Positions 58,775 through 64,000 of a stretch of DNA of 64,000 nucleotides are shown here, in pieces. Source of the stretch: a virus. The stretch lies in UHGV virus genome UHGV-1352483. The stretch is one strand, 5' to 3'. The translations under genes were made by a program, and so were the position numbers. A model generated the notes under the pieces. The model was given only the letters and a program-made list of their open reading frames with translations. It was not told where the DNA came from and did not search any database. Positions within the stretch are counted from its first letter, which is position 1. Every line of letters begins with the position of its first letter.

Positions 58775-59324
58775 ATTATATTCTATTTAAAATGACTCTG
58801 CAAAGATATGTAAAATACTTGAATCCTGCAAGCTTTTTCCTGTTTATTTTTCATTCTCCTTTAAATATATCCTGTTATTCTAGGGGTATAATCAGTTAAA
58901 GGAATTAATTATAACCTCTGAATTCATACAAATTACCCAACAGGGTATAATATTAGCAAAGAGATTTTCATCCCATAGAATTCTTTTTAAACATTAAGCT
59001 GGAAACCAGATTCTTTTCTCTTATCTATAGAGAGACCCTGTCGGGCTCTTTTTCATCCGACAGACCTCACTGGAGACCAGTGAATCTTTATACTTAGCTT
59101 GAGACCCGTTTATATATTATTAGTTCTCACTCTTGTTATCCCTAGGATAGATTGCCTGTGCCCTACTAATGGTATCCGCTGCTTTCCCATGCTGGCTCTA
59201 TCAATCCCTTACTAGGTATAAAGGTTCTTATGTAGAAAATGAATGATAATATACAAGGAAATACTTGCTATTTTCTTTCAGAGGGCAAATATAAGTAAAA
59301 TAAATGACATATGCAAATATTGGC

Positions 59325-60254
59325 CTAAACAGTTAACTTAAGTTTACCTATATTATCATTCTGTAACGTATTTAGTGCTACATCATTAAATAACTGTTGT
59401 ATTATCTCAGGCTTATACCTATTAAGTATATTGAAATCCTTAGCATTCTTCTTGAGTTCCTTAATATCCTTCTCACTCCATTCTTGAGCTGGGTCTATCT
59501 TATTGGCTTCCCTTAACTGCATCAGCCTAGAGTATATTTCATCAGGTCTGTCAAGGTATGGAGTATCAGAAGTATCTTCAGTTCCTATAATATCAGCTAT
59601 CTTCTGTTTCTGTGGAATCTTGCCTGTTGCATGTGAATCCTCATGTAATTTACTTGAAGGATTATCATCCCTTAACCATATGGCATGAGATACAGGAGAA
59701 TATTCCCCACCTATTATATTACCATTTGGAAGAGTAGCATTAACTCTTTCCTTAGTCCTTTTACCATAATCTATTGCTCTCTGATAGGACTCTAGCTTAG
59801 CTTGTTCAGGAGTTTTATCAGGAGTAACAAATACAGGGTTTGATTTACTATACATATCAGCTCCATATGCCTGAGGGGAAGAGAATACCCTTGCAGATTC
59901 CCTCCTTTGTTTCTGTAACTCTAACTGACCATTACCTAACTGGTCATTGTATCTCCCAGTAGATAATCTTTGAGTATTCCATTCATCCAAGAACGGGTTA
60001 CTATTTACTTGCTGAGTGAGGTCTCCCCCATCAGCAAACTCATTAAACTTTTCTGCTATTTCAGAAGGACTTATAACCTCATTCTGAACTGCTACCTTTA
60101 TAAAGGCAGCTTTATCTTTCATTGATAATTCTTCCCATTTCATTCTATTAAAATATATTATGTGCAACATTCTTGATTTAAGCTGCAAATATACTAAATT
60201 AAATCCATAAAACCAAATGGTGAATAATATAACTATCAGAGTAGAAGAATACAT
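59325..60254 (-). CDS. Hypothetical protein. The likely true start is the internal ATG near 60142 (MKWEELSMKDK...). Contains an HExxH motif.
   Basis: The first 37 codons of the ORF-track version lie in an AT-rich leader. The body contains LHEDSHATG (HExxH). It is the first gene of the minus-strand block after the divergent region. Confidence 0.6.
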   Translation of the reverse strand: MYSSTLIVILFTIWFYGFNLVYLQLKSRMLHIIYFNRMKWEELSMKDKAAFIKVAVQNEVISPSEIAEKFNEFADGGDLTQQVNSNPFLDEWNTQRLSTGRYNDQLGNGQLELQKQRRESARVFSSPQAYGADMYSKSNPVFVTPDKTPEQAKLESYQRAIDYGKRTKERVNATLPNGNIIGGEYSPVSHAIWLRDDNPSSKLHEDSHATGKIPQKQKIADIIGTEDTSDTPYLDRPDEIYSRLMQLREANKIDPAQEWSEKDIKELKKNAKDFNILNRYKPEIIQQLFNDVALNTLQNDNIGKLKLTV

Positions 60255-60432
60255 TAATCCATCCCTTCCATTCTTGCTCTATCTTCATTCTTTTTCTTTG
60301 ATATTTTTTTTTTTATTCTAAATTTTTTAAACATCCATTTTATTTGTATGAGTTGGGTGTAACTACACAACATTCCCCCCGTTGATTGGCGGATTGGGAT
60401 ATTCCCCCGCCTAACTTAAATACAGTAACATT

Positions 60433-60744
60433 ATGGCAACGTTCTTAGGCAAAGAAATCAAGAGTTATGAATCCAAGTGGGAAATCATCAAGTCTTCAAT
60501 CATGAAGATAAGTAAGAAGGAACTGAAGAAAGTTCAAGAGATAACAGTCCATCAATCAGAGTTTGATGAAGGTCAACTCTATGCAGTAATCAAACTGGAT
60601 GAAGGCTGTGTGTCATTCACCATTGACCTCAAGGCAGCTAAGAAGCTGGAAGAAGGGGACAAACTTGACCCAGCATCAATCCTGGTGTACAAGATGACCA
60701 ATGGGGAAAAGGAAATCACCAGACTCTATGGGGAAGCACTGTAG
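60433..60744 (+). CDS. Small hypothetical protein (103 aa), paralogue A.
   Basis: ORF followed by the terminator AGGCAC-TATT-GTGCCT plus T6. Its C-terminal half (LEEGDKLDPASILVYKMTNGEKEITRLYGEAL) is paralogous to the 96-aa gene. Confidence 0.65.
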   Translation: MATFLGKEIKSYESKWEIIKSSIMKISKKELKKVQEITVHQSEFDEGQLYAVIKLDEGCVSFTIDLKAAKKLEEGDKLDPASILVYKMTNGEKEITRLYGEAL

Positions 60745-60748
60745 GAAG

Positions 60749-60772
60749 AAAGGCACTATTGTGCCTTTTTTC
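60749..60772 (+). terminator. Rho-independent terminator.
   Basis: AGGCAC TATT GTGCCT followed by TTTTTT. Confidence 0.65.
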
Positions 60773-61184
60773 TTGTAAAACAACACACTATTTTCTCCAT
60801 TCTTTGGTAGGAATACCAGAGATAAAACAATATTTAGTCCAACTCCTTAATCCTTATACATTATGTTCCTGATGATATTATATATTACAATCCATCTTAT
60901 ATTAGTATTCTGGTGGTTAAACTCTGATTGGTAATGGAAACATCTCGTAAGGGATGTATTATTATAGATGGAGATTATCTTATATATAAGGTACACGTAC
61001 ATTATATTATATAGAGCCTAAGTTAAAATGTTATATGTTTATTGTATTATGAGGAAGAATAGTCTGGTACTTAGAGTATCAGGCTGTTCTTTTTGAAGAA
61101 AAACAATACAACATTCTTTCCATTCTTTGGGGTACAGACACTTGGAAGTATCCCAATATTGTCAAACTATTAAACTATAAAACT

Positions 61185-61475
61185 ATGGGATTTTTAGATT
61201 CATTGAGAACCTATGCAGGTTCATGGTCAGTTACAGAGAAAAGTAAGTTAGCAGCTAGTGAAATCAAGTTGGTTGATTCAGTAGAAGTAGTAAGTTCAGA
61301 TTACGGCTTAAGCATGTGCTTCATGATGAAAGCTGGAGGTAGAAAGTATGTTTCATTATCTAGGGATTGTGAGCTTTCTGAAGGGGATATTGTAGACCCT
61401 AAAAGTATAGAAATCCTTACACTCGAGAGAGATGGAGACGAACCTATTTACAGAGCAGAAGGAGAAGCTAAGTAG
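61185..61475 (+). CDS. Small hypothetical protein (96 aa), paralogue B.
   Basis: LSEGDIVDPKSIEILTLERDGDEPIYRAEGEAK aligns with paralogue A. Confidence 0.6.
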   Translation: MGFLDSLRTYAGSWSVTEKSKLAASEIKLVDSVEVVSSDYGLSMCFMMKAGGRKYVSLSRDCELSEGDIVDPKSIEILTLERDGDEPIYRAEGEAK

Positions 61476-61777
61476 TTAAAATTAAGTTAAAAGTAGTAGT
61501 AAATTGAGGATGGTTAACGAAGGTTAAGAATTCAAGATTTATTACTACTTTTTTACTTTAAGTAAACGCTGTAAGTCATTGATACTCAGATGGTTATGGG
61601 GTTATCAAAAAACCCCAAACTATCCTCTTTTTGTGCTACATACAGCTACTTAGAGCATTTATAATCTATAATACTTTATACTGCCAACTTTCAATTAATC
61701 CATTCCCATTTTGCCCATTTTCAACTCAGAATTTAATCAATTTACATACATAATTCATCATTTTATACCCATAATTA

Positions 61778-61993
61778 ATGAGAAAACGTATAAATCGAGC
61801 AGCTACTGCCAGCAGTAATAACTACTCAGCTTCAAGAAAAGTGCATATTGCATACCTTGAAGAGAATCATAGAAGGAATAATGCACTCTTTATGAGTATC
61901 CTCTCAGCTCCTATAGCCCCTAAATCAGACCTTCAATCCTTTGAAGAAGGAGTAAGGAGACAGATAGAATTGTATAAATTAATTCACCAATAA
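61778..61993 (+). CDS. Small basic protein (71 aa).
   Basis: ORF with an Arg/Lys-rich N-terminus. Confidence 0.45.
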   Translation: MRKRINRAATASSNNYSASRKVHIAYLEENHRRNNALFMSILSAPIAPKSDLQSFEEGVRRQIELYKLIHQ

Positions 61994-62005
61994 AACTCTC
62001 AATCA

Positions 62006-62203
62006 ATGGATACATTATTACCTTATATACTACAGGGAATCATATATGGATTACTTGTAGATGCATTACTATTTCTTATACTCTCACTTATAACTGCATC
62101 GACTGCATGGTATAAGACAGAAAATGGTAAGTTAATTATGATTCTCCCTATAATAATAGGGTTCATAATTGGAATAGTTTACACTATAAAGGATGCACTA
62201 TGA
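62006..62203 (+). CDS. Two-transmembrane-helix mini-membrane protein (65 aa).
   Basis: Two hydrophobic helices. Paralogous to the next gene. Confidence 0.5.
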   Translation: MDTLLPYILQGIIYGLLVDALLFLILSLITASTAWYKTENGKLIMILPIIIGFIIGIVYTIKDAL

Positions 62204-62409
62204 TAACACTAATTAAATACTTGCTAAAAGGAGTCCTGATAGGACTCTTTGTAGCTGGCATCATATATCTGTTAGGATTAATAATAACCCTTGATACACT
62301 CTGGTTATGGAAGCCAGAATATATGATAGGGCTGGTATTAATCATAATAGAAATGATAGTCTGTTTGGTATTTGGATTTGCAGGAGCAATGGTTGAACTT
62401 GATTACTGA
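62200..62409 (+). CDS. Two-transmembrane-helix mini-membrane protein (69 aa), a paralogue of the previous gene.
   Basis: Similar topology and motifs (LLKGVLIGLFVAGIIYLLGLIITLDTLW vs ILQGIIYGLLVDALLFLILSLITASTAW). 4-nt overlap. Confidence 0.5.
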   Translation: MITLIKYLLKGVLIGLFVAGIIYLLGLIITLDTLWLWKPEYMIGLVLIIIEMIVCLVFGFAGAMVELDY

Positions 62410-62522
62410 TATAATATATGATACCTATAATATTATCAACTATAGCATGTGCTGTTCCAGGAATAGCCATGCTTATTTTCTTAAAGAACGAAGGTTATTT
62501 AAACACTAAAAAATAAAAGAAT

Positions 62523-63239
62523 ATGGATAGAATACTTGTAGTATTTAGTAACAACAGATGTATCTCTCGTTCAGAGGCAGCATCTTTAAAGAAATATGCA
62601 TTCTTGTACAGTGGTAAACAATGCCTGTCAGTAATGGACAGGATAATGTCACCTGATTATACTACTCCTATGATTGTAATACAGATAGACAAAGATGTAC
62701 CAAGTCTTACCTATGCAGGAATGTGCCTTAAACTGTTAAGGATATATAGTATAAATGACAGAATTATTTATCCTACTACTGAACTTCCTCCCATTGAAAA
62801 GCCGATTACTGTTTCATTGGAAGAAGCAAGAGAATGGTATAATGGGCCTAATTCTACTTTGAAAGCTCTTGCATTAAAGGCATTCAGTGCATCTGATTTA
62901 GAGCTGGATTGGGATACTGTTAAGGAACACATGAATTATAAAGTAGTAGACCAGCTCATTAACTGTCCCAAATGGTTGGAAAAAAGAGCAAAGGCTTTCA
63001 TTAAACTTGAAGTAATAGCCAAATATTTCAATGGAGATTGGAAGAAACAGGCAGTAGAGGATGGCTTCTTTATATCAAATAGGAGTAGTAATACCATAGG
63101 TCAAAATACTCAAGTAGGAGAATATTATGTCAACAAACATTCTGCGGTTATACAGGCTGAATTGACATATTTCAAAAGAATCAAGGATGCTATGGCAGCT
63201 ATAAGGATGATGGAAGAAGATATAAAGTATCTTTTCTAA
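62523..63239 (+). CDS. Hypothetical protein (238 aa).
   Basis: ORF. Confidence 0.65.
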   Translation: MDRILVVFSNNRCISRSEAASLKKYAFLYSGKQCLSVMDRIMSPDYTTPMIVIQIDKDVPSLTYAGMCLKLLRIYSINDRIIYPTTELPPIEKPITVSLEEAREWYNGPNSTLKALALKAFSASDLELDWDTVKEHMNYKVVDQLINCPKWLEKRAKAFIKLEVIAKYFNGDWKKQAVEDGFFISNRSSNTIGQNTQVGEYYVNKHSAVIQAELTYFKRIKDAMAAIRMMEEDIKYLF

Positions 63240-63310
63240 TTAGACTCATCGTTTGTTTTTTATCAAATACATTGAAGACAGCTTGCTTGTGAAAGTAGGC
63301 TTTCTTTCAT

Positions 63311-63382
63311 ATTCCCATAGTTCAACGGATAGAACGATAGTTTCCTAAACTGTAAATATGAGTTCGATTCTCATTGGGAATA
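63311..63382 (+). tRNA. tRNA-Arg (anticodon CCU).
   Basis: Acceptor ATTCCCA / TGGGAAT. D-stem GTTC/GAAC. Anticodon stem ATAGT/ACTGT (one G-U) with loop TTCCTAA. T-arm ATGAG-TTCGATT-CTCAT. Confidence 0.7.
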
Positions 63383-63404
63383 CTAACATTAAAACTATAT
63401 AACA

Positions 63405-63806
63405 ATGGAAGAGAGAATAATAAAACTAGAGACAGCATTATTATTGAGTAAGAAAGGATTCTGTCATGGAAGTCCTTTCTTTTATAACTGTTCTGACAGG
63501 GTAATGCACTCAGATAATCCTAAGACAGTCTATATAAATGGACTGGAAGTAGATTATATTGAAGCTCCTACCCAATCCCTTGTACAGAAATGGTTAAGGG
63601 AGAATAAAGAAAGGATGGTTATAGTAGGCATGGACTATAAAAATATAGACCACACTCTTGTATATACTGCCAATATGGTTGTAAATGACGACCCTACTAA
63701 CCCTGAGGCTATTGAAGGGACAAAGGCCTTTGAAACCTATGAGGATGCTCTTGAAGAAGGACTCATAATGGCTTTAAATACATTGCCAGATGCCGACAAT
63801 AAGTAA
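63405..63806 (+). CDS. Hypothetical protein (133 aa).
   Basis: ORF starting 23 nt after the tRNA. Confidence 0.6.
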   Translation: MEERIIKLETALLLSKKGFCHGSPFFYNCSDRVMHSDNPKTVYINGLEVDYIEAPTQSLVQKWLRENKERMVIVGMDYKNIDHTLVYTANMVVNDDPTNPEAIEGTKAFETYEDALEEGLIMALNTLPDADNK

Positions 63807-64000
63807 AGAGAAGTACCGTATTCTCTCAAGAAGATGTGAGAAAATACCTCATAGAATACGTGAAAACAAGTATGGGGTCTGCTGGTGCACAATATGTGGC
63901 AGACTCTTTACTTCATCCTCTATAAAATCAACTCCCTTACGATACTCTTGATGATAAATCATTGAGGGCGTCTCTTGAGCAATGTTTTCAGTTTCAGGAT

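Noticed and set aside
1-64000. Stop-codon reassignment (TAG or TGA recoding) typical of some crAss-like lineages.
   Set aside because: All large genes are uninterrupted in standard code. The tRNAs found have sense anticodons (UUU, GUU, UCU, CCU). A TTA reading of the Lys-candidate anticodon loop gives a badly mispaired stem.
1-64000. CRISPR array, integrase or attachment site, transposase.
   Set aside because: No spacer-interspaced direct repeats, no tyrosine or serine recombinase-like ORFs and no IS-like terminal inverted repeats. The only mobile-type gene is the GIY-YIG HEG.

Overview
The window looks like about 64 kb of a low-GC tailed dsDNA phage genome with the gene architecture of a crAss-like (Crassvirales-type) virus. 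The gene architecture and sizes are my main inference and cannot be searched here. A 5'-truncated giant gene on the + strand (1..6281) carries a DFDID motif, which resembles the metal-binding motif of crAss-like virion RNA polymerases. A second giant + gene (1331 aa) converges on a bidirectional terminator at about 10315..10356. A roughly 50 kb minus-strand block follows. In transcription order it runs from small genes and tRNAs at 60.2-54.2 kb to TerL (763 aa), portal (798 aa), tail fibre and receptor-binding genes, a putative lysis and regulatory cluster, a free-standing GIY-YIG homing endonuclease, the major capsid protein (504 aa), then giant tail or cargo proteins (1488, 965, 550, 1682 aa). 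After a divergent switch region (60255..60432), small plus-strand genes and a fourth tRNA follow. I see no CRISPR array, integrase or reverse transcriptase. The long ORFs are uninterrupted, so there is no sign of stop-codon reassignment here.

The most interesting points are:
- a compositionally distinct receptor-binding gene with tandem lectin-like domains, which looks recently acquired
- a PLC-like phosphodiesterase gene among the tail genes
- an in-frame (TAGF)n tandem repeat in the tail fibre
- a C11 homopolymer at a gene start
- a GroES-like and an HU-like gene upstream of TerL
- a tRNA cluster decoding AAA, AAY, AGA and AGG
- a GC-rich structured non-coding island next to the tRNAs
- duplicated small-gene modules on the plus-strand arm
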